Source of the DNA: Caldilinea sp.
GTDB taxonomy: Bacteria; Chloroflexota; Anaerolineae; Caldilineales; Caldilineaceae
DNA: 64,000 nt
Reading direction: 5' to 3'
NCBI GenBank assembly: GCA_039810225.1
Contig: JBDHWM010000005.1
Span: 519 to 64,518, forward strand
Shown here: in pieces, positions 54,506-64,000 of the stretch
Position numbering within the stretch: the stretch's first letter is position 1
Layout: every line of letters begins with the position of its first letter
Made by a program: the position numbers and the translations under genes
The notes under the pieces: model-generated
The model's input: only the letters and a program-made list of their open reading frames with translations
What the model was told of the DNA's origin: nothing
Databases searched by the model: none

Positions 54506-54935
54506 ACCTGAAACCCTTGAACTGGTGTCATTGCCGCCCACAAAGGCGAACATTGGGAACATCCATTCGCAGGAAGACTGGCGCGAGATCAAGTGTGCAT
54601 ACTGCAACGGCAGCGGGCGTGACCGGTGGGGTTTGCTGTCAGAATTGTCGGCTTGTAGCGCATGTGGCGGACGCGGCCGGCAACGAATACGCGTACCGTT
54701 TCGCCGCTGTGGTCATTGTGGCGGAAGCGGTGTGCATCCTCATCTGCGCGTCACGTGCACAAGCTGCGGCGGTATCGGCAGCGTCCACGTCGAGGAGCCA
54801 GCCACGACATGCCCAGCTTGCCAGGGCAAAGGTCAGGATCCGCGGTCGGAATTGAACCTGACTTGTATTACCTGTGGCGGCACAGGTTGGTTGTCGGCAC
54901 AGCAGCCCATCGAGAAGGAGACTCACCATGAATGA
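54498..54935 (+). CDS. Stand-alone DnaJ-type zinc-finger protein (six CxxCxGxG repeats)
   Basis: CAYCNGSG, CSACGGRG, CGHCGGSG, CTSCGGIG, CPACQGKG, CITCGGTG; overlaps both neighbours. Confidence 0.85.
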   Translation: MNKPETLELVSLPPTKANIGNIHSQEDWREIKCAYCNGSGRDRWGLLSELSACSACGGRGRQRIRVPFRRCGHCGGSGVHPHLRVTCTSCGGIGSVHVEEPATTCPACQGKGQDPRSELNLTCITCGGTGWLSAQQPIEKETHHE

Positions 54936-55692
54936 GGTGACCAACAATATCCCCGGACGCTACATCTACTGTATCACCCGCACTAGTGGTGCCGGCGACC
55001 TGGTTGCCATCGGTATAGACGATCTGCCAGTCTCTCTTGTCACGTCCAATGGGCTTGCCGCCGTGGTCAGCCCGTCGGAGGTGAAACGCTATCGGCTGAG
55101 CAGGCAGTATACGTTGGCACACGAGCGCGTCATCGAGAAAGTGATGGAGCGAAGCACGGTCTTGCCTGTGAAGTTTGGCACCGTCGCCGAGAGTGAAAAC
55201 CAGATCCATCGCAAGTTACTCCTCCAACGCGCTGACGATCTGGAGCAACTGCTGGCGAAAATGGACGGTAAGGTGGAGATGGGCGTCAAGGTCATGTGGA
55301 ACACAGAGCGCGTCTACGCAGACATCGTGGAAAGCAATCAGACGATTCGCACGCTGCGCGACAGGCTGGCCGGACTTCCCGCTGAAGAAACGCACTACGA
55401 GCGTATCAACCTGGGCAAGATGGTAGAAGACGCATTGGCGGAGCGTAAGATCGAAACGGCCGACTGGATCGTCGACGAGCTCACGCCACACGCGCTAGAG
55501 GTGAAGCGCAACGACGTCTACGGCGATACGATGGTTCTGAACGCCTCCTTCTTGATCGACAAGGCGCACGAACCTGCATTCGACACGGCCGTCGAGGCAG
55601 TGGACGCCAGGTTGAATGGCACGGTCACGGTCAAATATGTTGGACCACTGCCACCCTTTAATTTCGTCGACCTGGTCATCAGTTGGTTCTGA
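54928..55692 (+). CDS. gvpF: GvpL/GvpF family gas vesicle protein
   Basis: YIYCI, VLPVKFGT, KVEMGVK, YVGPLPPFNFV; RBS AAGGAG. Confidence 0.88.
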   Translation: MNEVTNNIPGRYIYCITRTSGAGDLVAIGIDDLPVSLVTSNGLAAVVSPSEVKRYRLSRQYTLAHERVIEKVMERSTVLPVKFGTVAESENQIHRKLLLQRADDLEQLLAKMDGKVEMGVKVMWNTERVYADIVESNQTIRTLRDRLAGLPAEETHYERINLGKMVEDALAERKIETADWIVDELTPHALEVKRNDVYGDTMVLNASFLIDKAHEPAFDTAVEAVDARLNGTVTVKYVGPLPPFNFVDLVISWF

Positions 55693-55703
55693 GGAGACAT
55701 CAA

Positions 55704-55967
55704 ATGATTATGCACAAAGTCAAACGTGGCGTGCAACCTATTCACACGGTCCGCAAGCAAGCGGTCGCAAGCCTGGCGCCCGGCGGCACGAGTTCGCTGC
55801 GCACGCTGAAAGGGATGGAAGAAACGAAGGGGATGCGCAGCATCCGCAGGTTCGGGCGTGACCGCTGGGAAGCCAACGCAGAGGGTCGGCGCATGATGCT
55901 TGCCCGTGCCCGGCGCCTGCGGCGCCACGATCCTCGCCTGGGCGACAGCGTCATCGAGAAATCATAG
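55704..55967 (+). CDS. Small highly basic hypothetical protein
   Basis: RBS GAGGAG; fills the gap between gvpF and gvpG; Arg/Lys-rich. Confidence 0.5.
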   Translation: MIMHKVKRGVQPIHTVRKQAVASLAPGGTSSLRTLKGMEETKGMRSIRRFGRDRWEANAEGRRMMLARARRLRRHDPRLGDSVIEKS

Positions 55968-55993
55968 CGCTCACCGTCATGGAGTAATGGTAC

Positions 55994-56329
55994 ATGGGTC
56001 TCTTGTTCGACGTACTCGGCGCGCCAGTTTCGCTACCCGTACGCGGCTTCATGTTCATCTTTGACAAGATCGTCGAACAGGTCAATAACGAACTTCTCGA
56101 CGACGGAAAAGTGCGCATGCAGCTACTGGAGCTACAGGGGCTTCTTGATAGCGGTCAGATCTCCGAAGAAGAGTTCTACGAAGCAGAAGAAGAACTTCTC
56201 GACCGGCTGGATGCCATTCTGGCCTTCAAGGAAGTTCAAATGGGGATGGCCGAAGACGACGACTGGCAGGACAACTCGCTCGAAGCCGGCGTGGATGATG
56301 ACGAAGGCGTAACATCCGATGAACGATGA
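55994..56329 (+). CDS. gvpG: Gas vesicle protein GvpG
   Basis: MGLL...PVRG..FIFDKI...LLELQ..LDSGQISEEEFYEAEEELLDRL. Confidence 0.9.
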   Translation: MGLLFDVLGAPVSLPVRGFMFIFDKIVEQVNNELLDDGKVRMQLLELQGLLDSGQISEEEFYEAEEELLDRLDAILAFKEVQMGMAEDDDWQDNSLEAGVDDDEGVTSDER

Positions 56330-57488
56330 CTCGATTGCCCAGTTGATAAGGGCGACAATCCGCAAACGATTGCAGAGTGAGCCAGCCTGCATCCAGGCGC
56401 TCTTGGCCGAAGCGGAGGCTCAGGCGTGGCAAGAAGTCACTACACTCCTGGCTGCAACCATGCGTGACGCTATCCTGGCGGAGGTAGCCTCAGCGGTTTC
56501 TGCCGATTCCAAGGCAGCGCCGCTCGCCGAAACGCCGGCGACCGCGTCTGGAGACATACAGCGCTTGGCAGACACAGGTGTGGCGTTCCGGGGTGATACC
56601 TGCGCCGGCGCTCCGAAACGAGCTGGGGCGACACAGACACTTTGCGAACACGTGGCTGAGCCAGGCGTCGACGGTGAGACCGGCATCTACGTCTATGGCA
56701 TCATCGATCGCTCCGAACTCGTTTTGGAAGGTATCGCGGGCGTCGCCGGCGGCATTCCGATACGCTCGCACAGGTGCGGCCCCCTCGCTGCAGTTATCAG
56801 CGATGTGCCACTCAGCGAGTTTGGACAGGAAGCGTTGGAGGCTCATCTGAGCGACATGAGTTGGTTGGAACGCAATGTCCGCGCCCACCAGGCTGTGCTG
56901 GATGCTGTCCTGCCCCTTACCACGCTGATCCCCATGAAATTTGGGACAGTATTCTACTCGATTGACAGTCTGGATATGCTGCTCACCGAACAAGCCAGGG
57001 GTCTGGCTCACGTCCTGGAGCAACTGGCGGGTAAGCGGGAATGGGGGCTGAAGCTATACGTCGATCCGGCAATCCTGGTGGATCATATCGCGACGTATAG
57101 CGAGCGAATGGCAGAGCTCCAGGCACAAATCACAGGTAAGTCCCAGGGGGTAGCCTACTTCATGGCGCGCAAGCTGCAAGAAGAGGCAGAAGCCGAAACG
57201 GAACGGGTCAGCTTTTCCATTGCCGACGAGATCCATGTATCACTTGCCGGCCATAGTGTCGGCGCGTGTTTGAACCCGCTTGGACCGGATCAAAATGAAG
57301 AGCGTCGTCTGCTGCTAAGTGCAGCCTATCTGGTTGCAGAGACCGATGAACCAGCGTTTCAAGGCCAGGTTGCGGCGCTCTCTGCGGCGCATGCTGGTGC
57401 TGGATTTATGCTCGTGCTGAGCGGGCCCTGGCCGGCGTACAACTTCGTCGCATCGCTTGAGAGCGCGGAGCCGACACATGACGCCTGA
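56319..57488 (+). CDS. gvpL: GvpL/GvpF family protein with N-terminal extension
   Basis: IYVYGI, WLERNVRAHQAVL, IPMKFGT, REWGLK, SGPWPAYNF. Confidence 0.85.
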   Translation: MNDDSIAQLIRATIRKRLQSEPACIQALLAEAEAQAWQEVTTLLAATMRDAILAEVASAVSADSKAAPLAETPATASGDIQRLADTGVAFRGDTCAGAPKRAGATQTLCEHVAEPGVDGETGIYVYGIIDRSELVLEGIAGVAGGIPIRSHRCGPLAAVISDVPLSEFGQEALEAHLSDMSWLERNVRAHQAVLDAVLPLTTLIPMKFGTVFYSIDSLDMLLTEQARGLAHVLEQLAGKREWGLKLYVDPAILVDHIATYSERMAELQAQITGKSQGVAYFMARKLQEEAEAETERVSFSIADEIHVSLAGHSVGACLNPLGPDQNEERRLLLSAAYLVAETDEPAFQGQVAALSAAHAGAGFMLVLSGPWPAYNFVASLESAEPTHDA

Positions 57489-57744
57489 GGCTGCCCGCAG
57501 TAGAACGACAGCGCTGCGCGAGCGCGATGTTTCGTTGCTGGAGTTACTCGACCGCATTCTCGATAAAGGTGTTGTCATCGCCGGCGACGTTGTGATATCG
57601 GTTGCGGATATCGACCTGATTTATCTCGGCCTGAAGGTAATTCTGACGTCGGTGGAAACAATGGAGAAGAACCGGGCACAGCATTCGTTAGGTTTGGCGA
57701 CAACAACCGCCGCGCATACAAGGGTCGAAGAGGACAGTTTCTGA
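57478..57744 (+). CDS. GvpA/J family protein (GvpS/GvpM-like)
   Basis: SLLELLDRILDKGVVIAGDVVISVADIDLIYLGLK. Confidence 0.88.
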   Translation: MTPEAARSRTTALRERDVSLLELLDRILDKGVVIAGDVVISVADIDLIYLGLKVILTSVETMEKNRAQHSLGLATTTAAHTRVEEDSF

Positions 57745-58490
57745 TGCCCACGCCTGCCACACGTGCTCGACTGTATCTGTATGCGATTGTGGACAACGAC
57801 GCGGCCCTGGATTCACTGCCCGCCGGACTTGACGGCAAGCCGGTGACGCTGGTTTCGTTTGGCGAGCTTGCAGCAGTCGTCGGCGAGGTTGAGCTAAGCG
57901 CGCTGAACGACACCGTCAGCGCTGCGGTCATCCATGAAGACATTGTTGAGAAGATTCTGGAACAACGCCGGGTCCTCCCTGTACGTTTTGGCACAATATT
58001 CAGCAGCCGCCAGGCGATGTTCGATGCATTGGATGCGCACTACCCACAGTTGGTTGCGGACCTCGCTCGTCTTGACGGGCAGGTTGAACTTGGTCTGCGC
58101 GTCTTTTGGGATCCAGCCGTTCAAGTGGCAGACGCAACTGACGACACGCCAATATCGCAGTTGACGAACATTGAGTCACCTGGAATCGCCTACCTGCGAA
58201 CGAGATTCGCCGAAGCCGCACAGGAACGGACGCTGCGCCGAATGGCGACCGCAGTCGAGGTGTTCTGCCGGCAGATGCTCGAACCGCTGTGCACGGACCT
58301 CCAGGTCAACGTGCTCTTGACGGCCGCCATCCCTGTCAGTGCAGCGTGTTTGCTGCCACGAGCAGCGGTAGACGAAGTTGTCGCCAAGGTCGCAACGCTG
58401 CAGGCATCCCGCACCGATTTGCGATTTGTGTGTACAGGACCCTGGCCACCCTATCACTTTATTGCAGATACGAGAGGTAAATCATCATGA
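57744..58490 (+). CDS. GvpL/GvpF family gas vesicle protein
   Basis: LYLYAI, VLPVRFGT, VELGLR, PGIAYL, TGPWPPYHF. Confidence 0.88.
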   Translation: MPTPATRARLYLYAIVDNDAALDSLPAGLDGKPVTLVSFGELAAVVGEVELSALNDTVSAAVIHEDIVEKILEQRRVLPVRFGTIFSSRQAMFDALDAHYPQLVADLARLDGQVELGLRVFWDPAVQVADATDDTPISQLTNIESPGIAYLRTRFAEAAQERTLRRMATAVEVFCRQMLEPLCTDLQVNVLLTAAIPVSAACLLPRAAVDEVVAKVATLQASRTDLRFVCTGPWPPYHFIADTRGKSS

Positions 58491-58738
58491 GCGAAATGAT
58501 CGATGTTTCTTCAGTTCAACGTGCTTCCATGTTGCGAATGGGCCAAACCTGGCAGAAATCGGGCAAATTGAACCAGGCAGTCGATACTTATCTGCGCCTC
58601 GTGCGAGAGAATCCGGGCACGGTGGAAGCTGAAGAGGCAAAGGCCGCTTTGTTGGCAATCGCAGGTGGGTATGAACAGGAAGGCCGCTACCACATGGCTC
58701 TTGATATCTTCGACCATTTGAAGGATGTAGTGGCGTGA
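58487..58738 (+). CDS. Small TPR-like helical protein
   Basis: AVDTYLRLVRENPGTVEAEEA TPR-like pattern; coupled to both neighbours. Confidence 0.6.
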   Translation: MSEMIDVSSVQRASMLRMGQTWQKSGKLNQAVDTYLRLVRENPGTVEAEEAKAALLAIAGGYEQEGRYHMALDIFDHLKDVVA

Positions 58739-59115
58739 ACACTCCAGCTATTACGCGAGTTCTGAATTGCTCGCCAGAAGCCGGCGACCAGGTCTTGCTG
58801 GAAAGCCTGGACGTTGCAGCAAATGAGTTGCGCAATCTTGAACGACCATTTCCACCGCACATCGATGCAAACCCAGAAGAGGTCGAGCGAGGCCTGGCCA
58901 AGCTCGTCCTCACACTCATTGAGCTGATTCGACGGCTGCTCGAGAAGCAGGCGATTCGCCGAATCGAGGGGGGCAGTCTCACCGACGAAGAAATCGAACG
59001 GCTGGGCATGACCTTCTTGCGCCTCAATCAACGAATGAAAGAGTTACAGGGCGCCTTTCAACTGGCGGATGAGGATCTGAACCTGAACCTGGGCCCTCTG
59101 GGCGATCTCATGTAG
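58735..59115 (+). CDS. gvpK: Gas vesicle protein GvpK
   Basis: VERGLAKLVLTLIELIRRLLEKQAIRRIEGGSL...IERLG...DLNLNLGPLG. Confidence 0.93.
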   Translation: MNTPAITRVLNCSPEAGDQVLLESLDVAANELRNLERPFPPHIDANPEEVERGLAKLVLTLIELIRRLLEKQAIRRIEGGSLTDEEIERLGMTFLRLNQRMKELQGAFQLADEDLNLNLGPLGDLM

Positions 59116-59203
59116 GCGCATCTGCGTCAACTGTCAGTAGACCAGCAAGCTACCATGGCGCGCCGGCCAGTCCGGAATGCGCCGAGTGAATAAGGAAAGA
59201 ATT

Positions 59204-59509
59204 ATGTCGCAGTCGGATCGCGTCACCCACTCCGTGCAGACTTCGAGCCTTGCCGACATCCTCGAACGGGTATTGGACAAGGGCATTGTGATCGCCGGCG
59301 ACGTCAAAATATCGCTGGCCGACATTGAGTTGCTCAATATCAAGATTCGCCTGCTCGTGGCCTCGGTAGACAAAGCCCGTGAGATGGGCATCGACTGGTG
59401 GCAGAGCGATCCGGCGCTCTCGTCCAACGCGGCTCGACTCTTGCAAGAGAATCAACTCCTACAAGAACGACTGGAGCGACTGGAAGCGCTAGCCAACATC
59501 CCGTCATAG
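59204..59509 (+). CDS. gvpJ: Gas vesicle protein GvpJ-like
   Basis: SLADILERVLDKGIVIAGD...LLVASVDKAREMGIDWWQSDPALSS. Confidence 0.88.
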   Translation: MSQSDRVTHSVQTSSLADILERVLDKGIVIAGDVKISLADIELLNIKIRLLVASVDKAREMGIDWWQSDPALSSNAARLLQENQLLQERLERLEALANIPS

Positions 59510-59515
59510 GCAGGC

Positions 59516-61171
59516 TCACGCAGCACGAGAATAGACAATTTCGCCGCCAACCACGGTCATCACCGCTTGCGTTTGTGCGATGGCGCCGGCTGCGACATCT
59601 TCCTCACCAAGCGCAAACAGGTCGCGATCCACCACCACCAGATCGGCCAGCTTGCCCGCTTCCAGGCTGCCAATCAGCCGCTCCCAGCCCGCCGCCTGCG
59701 CCGCGCCAAGCGTGTAGGCATGGATAGCCTGCGCCAGCGTGATGCGTTCCTCGCCGTGCCACGGCGGCGCGGGCAACCGTTCGACACGCTGGCGAACGAC
59801 GGCCGCGTGCATCCCCACGAAGGGATTCGGATCGGCCACCGGCGCGTCGCTGCCAAAGGCGACCACCGCGCCGCTCTCCAGCAGCGAGCGGAAGTTGTAC
59901 ATGGTCGCCCCGCGCGCGCCAAGGAAGAGGTCGGCCGTGTCCATGTCGTCGGTAGCGTGGATCGGCTGGACGCTGGCCGTTACGCGCAGTTGACCGAGCC
60001 GCGGCAGGTCGGCCGGGTCGATGATCTGCACATGCTCGATGCGATGCGGAATGGGCGGTTCCAGCCCGCTGTCAACGAGTTCCTCGAAGATGTCGAGGCA
60101 GACGCGGTTGGCGCGATCGCCGATGGCGTGCACGCTGATGGGGAAGCCAAGTTCCACGGCGCGGCGGAATTCGGCGGCCATCTGTTCGGGCGGCGTGACG
60201 CTGACACCGTAGCTGTCCGCTTCACCGGGCGTCAACTTCTCGAAGTGCGCCAACAGCCATGCGGTGCGGCTGCCCAGACTGCCGTCGGTGAAGACCTTGA
60301 CATGCCCGATACGCAGGCAGGTATCGCCAAAGCCGTTGCGCAGCCCCAGTCCGGCGAGGTGCGGCAACTCGTGGGCGGCGACGTTGCAGGCGACGCGCAA
60401 CTTCAGTTCAGCGCGTTCGCGCAGGCGCAGCAGGCTCGCCCACTCGCGCGGGCCATCGTCGCCGTCCTTGACGCGCTGGGCGTGGATTGCCGTGATGCCA
60501 AGCCGGTGCAGCTCGGTCTGGCCCAGGCGCAGGGCATCGTCCATCAGTGCGGGCGAAGGGGGCGGGATGTGGCGCGCGACCAGGTCGGTGGCCAGCTCGC
60601 GCAGGTAGCCGGTGGGATTGCCCGCCGCGTCGCGGTCGATGACGCCGCCGGGCGGGTTGGTCGTCGCCGCGGTGATGCCGGCGATGCGCAGTGCCGCGCT
60701 ATTGACGACGGCGCTGTGCATGTCGCTGCGGTAGGCGATCGCCGGGACATCAGGGCCGGTGACGGCGTCAAGCTCCGCTGCAGTCGGGAAGGCTGTCTCG
60801 CCCCACCAGCTTTCGTTCCAGCCCTGCCCCACGAGCCAGGTACCCGGCTCAGCGGTGGCGGCAGCGGCACGGATGGCCTCCATCATCGCCGCGCGCGTGC
60901 GCGTACCAGCCAGCCGCACCTCACGCAGACCCAGCGCCCACAGCGAGAAATGGATGTGCGCGTCGCACAGGCCGGGCAGGACGAGCTTGCCGGCCAGGTC
61001 GATCCGCTGCGTGGCATCGCCGGCCAGGGCCAGCACCTCGGCATCCCTGCCCACGGCCACGATGCGATGTTTGCGCACGGCCAGCGCCTGCGCCCAGGGT
61101 TGCGCCGGATTTTCGGTATAGACACGGGCGTTGAAGAGAATCAGATCCGGGGCACAGCCGATGCTTTGCAT
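59516..61171 (-). CDS. Amidohydrolase 3 family (YtcJ-like)
   Basis: [50 protein letters not shown]. Confidence 0.92.
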   Translation of the reverse strand: MQSIGCAPDLILFNARVYTENPAQPWAQALAVRKHRIVAVGRDAEVLALAGDATQRIDLAGKLVLPGLCDAHIHFSLWALGLREVRLAGTRTRAAMMEAIRAAAATAEPGTWLVGQGWNESWWGETAFPTAAELDAVTGPDVPAIAYRSDMHSAVVNSAALRIAGITAATTNPPGGVIDRDAAGNPTGYLRELATDLVARHIPPPSPALMDDALRLGQTELHRLGITAIHAQRVKDGDDGPREWASLLRLRERAELKLRVACNVAAHELPHLAGLGLRNGFGDTCLRIGHVKVFTDGSLGSRTAWLLAHFEKLTPGEADSYGVSVTPPEQMAAEFRRAVELGFPISVHAIGDRANRVCLDIFEELVDSGLEPPIPHRIEHVQIIDPADLPRLGQLRVTASVQPIHATDDMDTADLFLGARGATMYNFRSLLESGAVVAFGSDAPVADPNPFVGMHAAVVRQRVERLPAPPWHGEERITLAQAIHAYTLGAAQAAGWERLIGSLEAGKLADLVVVDRDLFALGEEDVAAGAIAQTQAVMTVVGGEIVYSRAA

Positions 61172-61339
61172 GGGAAGCTCCTTTGCCAGGTGTGAGTGGA
61201 TGGGCAGGCGGCTGCCTGCGCGCAATCGCCTGCGTTAGGATGGCAGCCGACAGCCAGCCGCGCGAACAGCGAGTACAGTCAGTCTAGCAGATAATGACGT
61301 GGAGTCGCGAGCGGCGCCACCAACAAAAGGAGTCAATGG

Positions 61340-61885
<546 letters not shown>

Positions 61886-61910
61886 TTGTTGCGCAAAAAT
61901 ACCCGTTGAT

Positions 61911-61939
61911 TTGACATGGCTAGGCCCTCATGCTATCCT
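61911..61939 (+). promoter_or_regulatory. Sigma70 promoter of tRNA-Asp
   Basis: TTGACA-17 nt-TATCCT with extended -10 TG. Confidence 0.75.
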
Positions 61940-61975
61940 TCCCATCGTCAACGGATGCGGTAGCGAAGTTGGCAT

Positions 61976-62050
<75 letters not shown>

Positions 62051-62072
62051 TAAAGATACAGAGATTTATTTG

Positions 62073-62106
62073 GAAGAGTCCGCCAAGTTAGGTGGACTTT
62101 TCTTAT
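62073..62106 (+). terminator. Terminator after tRNA-Asp
   Basis: AAGAGTCCGCC-AAGTTA-GGTGGACTTTT followed by CTTAT. Confidence 0.6.
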
Positions 62107-62205
62107 TGGCGCGGTTTTCTCACTTGGCGGTCCCCCTGCTGTGAGAGTACACTACCGCCTGTCCGTCCGTCGAAATCGAAGATGATGAAGAAAGTGCAGC
62201 AACCC

Positions 62206-63078
62206 ATGCCAACCGAACTTTCCATCCGCAACATGACACGCGCCGAGGTGGACGAACTCGTCGCCTGGGCTGCACGCGAGGGGTGGAATCCGGGCCTGCA
62301 TGACGCCGACGTTTTCTGGGCCACCGATCCCGAGGCATTCGTCGCTGCCGACCTGGGCGGCGAGATGATCGGCGGCGGCGCCATCACCGCGTACGGCAAC
62401 GAATTCGGCTTCATGGGTTTCTTCATCGTGCGGCCCGAATATCGCGGCCGAGGACTCGGCGACGCGCTGTGGCACGCGCGGCGCGAGCGGCTTCTGGCCC
62501 GGCTGCGCCCCGGCGCGACCATCGGCATGGACGGCGTCTTTGACATGCAGCACTACTACGCCAAGGGAGGCTTCGTCTTCTCGCACCGCGACCTGCGCTT
62601 TCGCGCCCAGATTGCGAAGCGCCCGGATACACCATCAGCAGCGGTTGGAAACGTTGTTCCCCTGACCGACATTCCGTTCGACGATGTGCTCGCCTACGAT
62701 CGCACCTGCTTTCCTGCGCAGCGGGCTGACTTCTTGCGGGCGTGGATCGCGCAGCCGGATGCACTCGCTCTCGGCTATCAACGTGAAGGAAAGTTGTGCG
62801 GCTACGGCGTCGTGCGACGCTGTGGTGAGGGGTGCAAGGTCGGCCCCCTCTTCGCCGACGACGCGCAGGCGGCCGAAGCCTTATATGCCGGCCTGGCAGG
62901 CTTTGCAGCGGGCGGGCCGCTCTTCCTCGACGTCCCGGAGAACAACCCTGCCGCCATGGCGATGGCGCGACGGCACGGCATGGCCGAGGTCTTCGGCTGC
63001 GCGCGGATGTATCTGGGCCCGGCGCCCGCCATCGCGCACGAGCGGATCTTCGGCGTCACCACCTTCGAGCTGGGCTGA
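62206..63078 (+). CDS. GNAT N-acetyltransferase (YitH/HolE-like, two-domain)
   Basis: [37 protein letters not shown]. Confidence 0.85.
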   Translation: MPTELSIRNMTRAEVDELVAWAAREGWNPGLHDADVFWATDPEAFVAADLGGEMIGGGAITAYGNEFGFMGFFIVRPEYRGRGLGDALWHARRERLLARLRPGATIGMDGVFDMQHYYAKGGFVFSHRDLRFRAQIAKRPDTPSAAVGNVVPLTDIPFDDVLAYDRTCFPAQRADFLRAWIAQPDALALGYQREGKLCGYGVVRRCGEGCKVGPLFADDAQAAEALYAGLAGFAAGGPLFLDVPENNPAAMAMARRHGMAEVFGCARMYLGPAPAIAHERIFGVTTFELG

Positions 63079-63980
63079 TGGCGGCGCGTGACCTTGCCGG
63101 CTACGGCGGCAATCCGCCCCATCCGCACTGGCCGAGTGACGCGCGCATCGCGGTGCAATTCGTGCTCAATGTCGAGGAAGGCGCAGAACAGAGCATCCTC
63201 AACGGCGACGAGCAGTCTGAAAGCTACCTGCACGAGCTGCCCGGCCGGCTACCGCGTCTAGGCGAGCGCGACCTGAGCGTCGAGAGCATGTACGAGTACG
63301 GTTCGCGCGCAGGCGTCTGGCGCATCCTGGAGATGTTCCAGGCGCGCGATCTGCCGCTGACCGCCTTTGCCGTCGGCCTGGCGCTTGAGTTGAACCCGGC
63401 GCTGGGCAAGGCGCTCAGCGCAGCGGGCCACGAAGTGGCCGGGCATGGCTATCGCTGGATCGACTATCGCATCCTGTCTGAAGCGGAGGAGCGGCGCCAC
63501 ATCCGGCTCACCGTCGACACCATCGAGCGCATCTGCGGCGTGCGTCCCGTCGGCTGGTACACGGGGCGCGTCAGCCAGAACACGCGCCGCCTGTTGCGCG
63601 AAGAAGGCGGCTTTCTCTACCTTTCCGACGCGTATAACGACGACCTCCCGTACTGGCTCGCCGACGCGCCGCCACAACTCGTGATCCCGTACACGCTCGT
63701 CACCAACGACGCCCGCTACCTTATGTCGAATGGGTTCGCTTCGGGCGCCGACTTCTTCGCCCTGCTCAAGGATGCGTTCGACCTGCTCTGGCAGGAAGGG
63801 GAGCGCCGCCCGAAGATGATGAGCATCGGCTTGCATGGCCGGATCAGCGGGCACCCGGCCCGAGCCATGGCGCTGGCGCGCTTTCTCGACTACGTGCAGG
63901 AGCATGATGGCGTCTGGATCTGCCGGCGGGCCGACATCGCCCGGCACTGGATGGCCGTCCACCCCGCGCCACAGCCATAA
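63078..63980 (+). CDS. puuE: Allantoinase PuuE / polysaccharide deacetylase family
   Basis: [57 protein letters not shown]. Confidence 0.85.
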   Translation: MAARDLAGYGGNPPHPHWPSDARIAVQFVLNVEEGAEQSILNGDEQSESYLHELPGRLPRLGERDLSVESMYEYGSRAGVWRILEMFQARDLPLTAFAVGLALELNPALGKALSAAGHEVAGHGYRWIDYRILSEAEERRHIRLTVDTIERICGVRPVGWYTGRVSQNTRRLLREEGGFLYLSDAYNDDLPYWLADAPPQLVIPYTLVTNDARYLMSNGFASGADFFALLKDAFDLLWQEGERRPKMMSIGLHGRISGHPARAMALARFLDYVQEHDGVWICRRADIARHWMAVHPAPQP

Positions 63981-64000
63981 CCTCCTGGTCCGGCGCGAGC

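Larger units (their letters stand above)
40460..59510 (+). other. Lower-GC genomic island carrying a two-component cassette and gas vesicle cluster
   Basis: Abrupt rise in A/T-ending codons after 40457 and return to high GC at about 59516; all genes on the + strand; no integrase or transposase seen. Confidence 0.65.

Overview
High-GC bacterial window. It is most likely Chloroflexota (Caldilineae/Anaerolineae-like), inferred from the CpXC protein, Pro/Thr-rich secreted proteins and C-terminal L-[YF]-L-P tails. From 1-40.5 kb it holds housekeeping and envelope genes: a HisC-like aminotransferase, an astacin-like protease, CinA, two LCP proteins, GT4/GtrA/O-antigen-ligase-like genes, secreted M28/M23 hydrolases, tRNA-Ser, a giant FtsX-type ABC transporter, TreS, YceI proteins, a cytochrome c, SbtA, LepB and DeoC. 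From about 40.5-59.5 kb lies a visibly lower-GC, single-strand island. It encodes a four-gene two-component cassette and a 21-gene gas vesicle cluster (2x gvpA, gvpC-like, gvpN, gvpG, gvpK, gvpJ-like genes, five GvpL/F paralogues). Embedded in that cluster is an apparent dedicated proteostasis module: Hsp20, an HExxH protein, a CDC48/p97 ATPase, a GvpF-J-domain fusion and a stand-alone DnaJ-type zinc finger. From 59.5-64 kb come an amidohydrolase, a hidden UGA-readthrough selenoprotein (UxxC, missed by the ORF track), tRNA-Asp, a GNAT protein and PuuE. All calls come from motif recognition by eye; no database searches were run.
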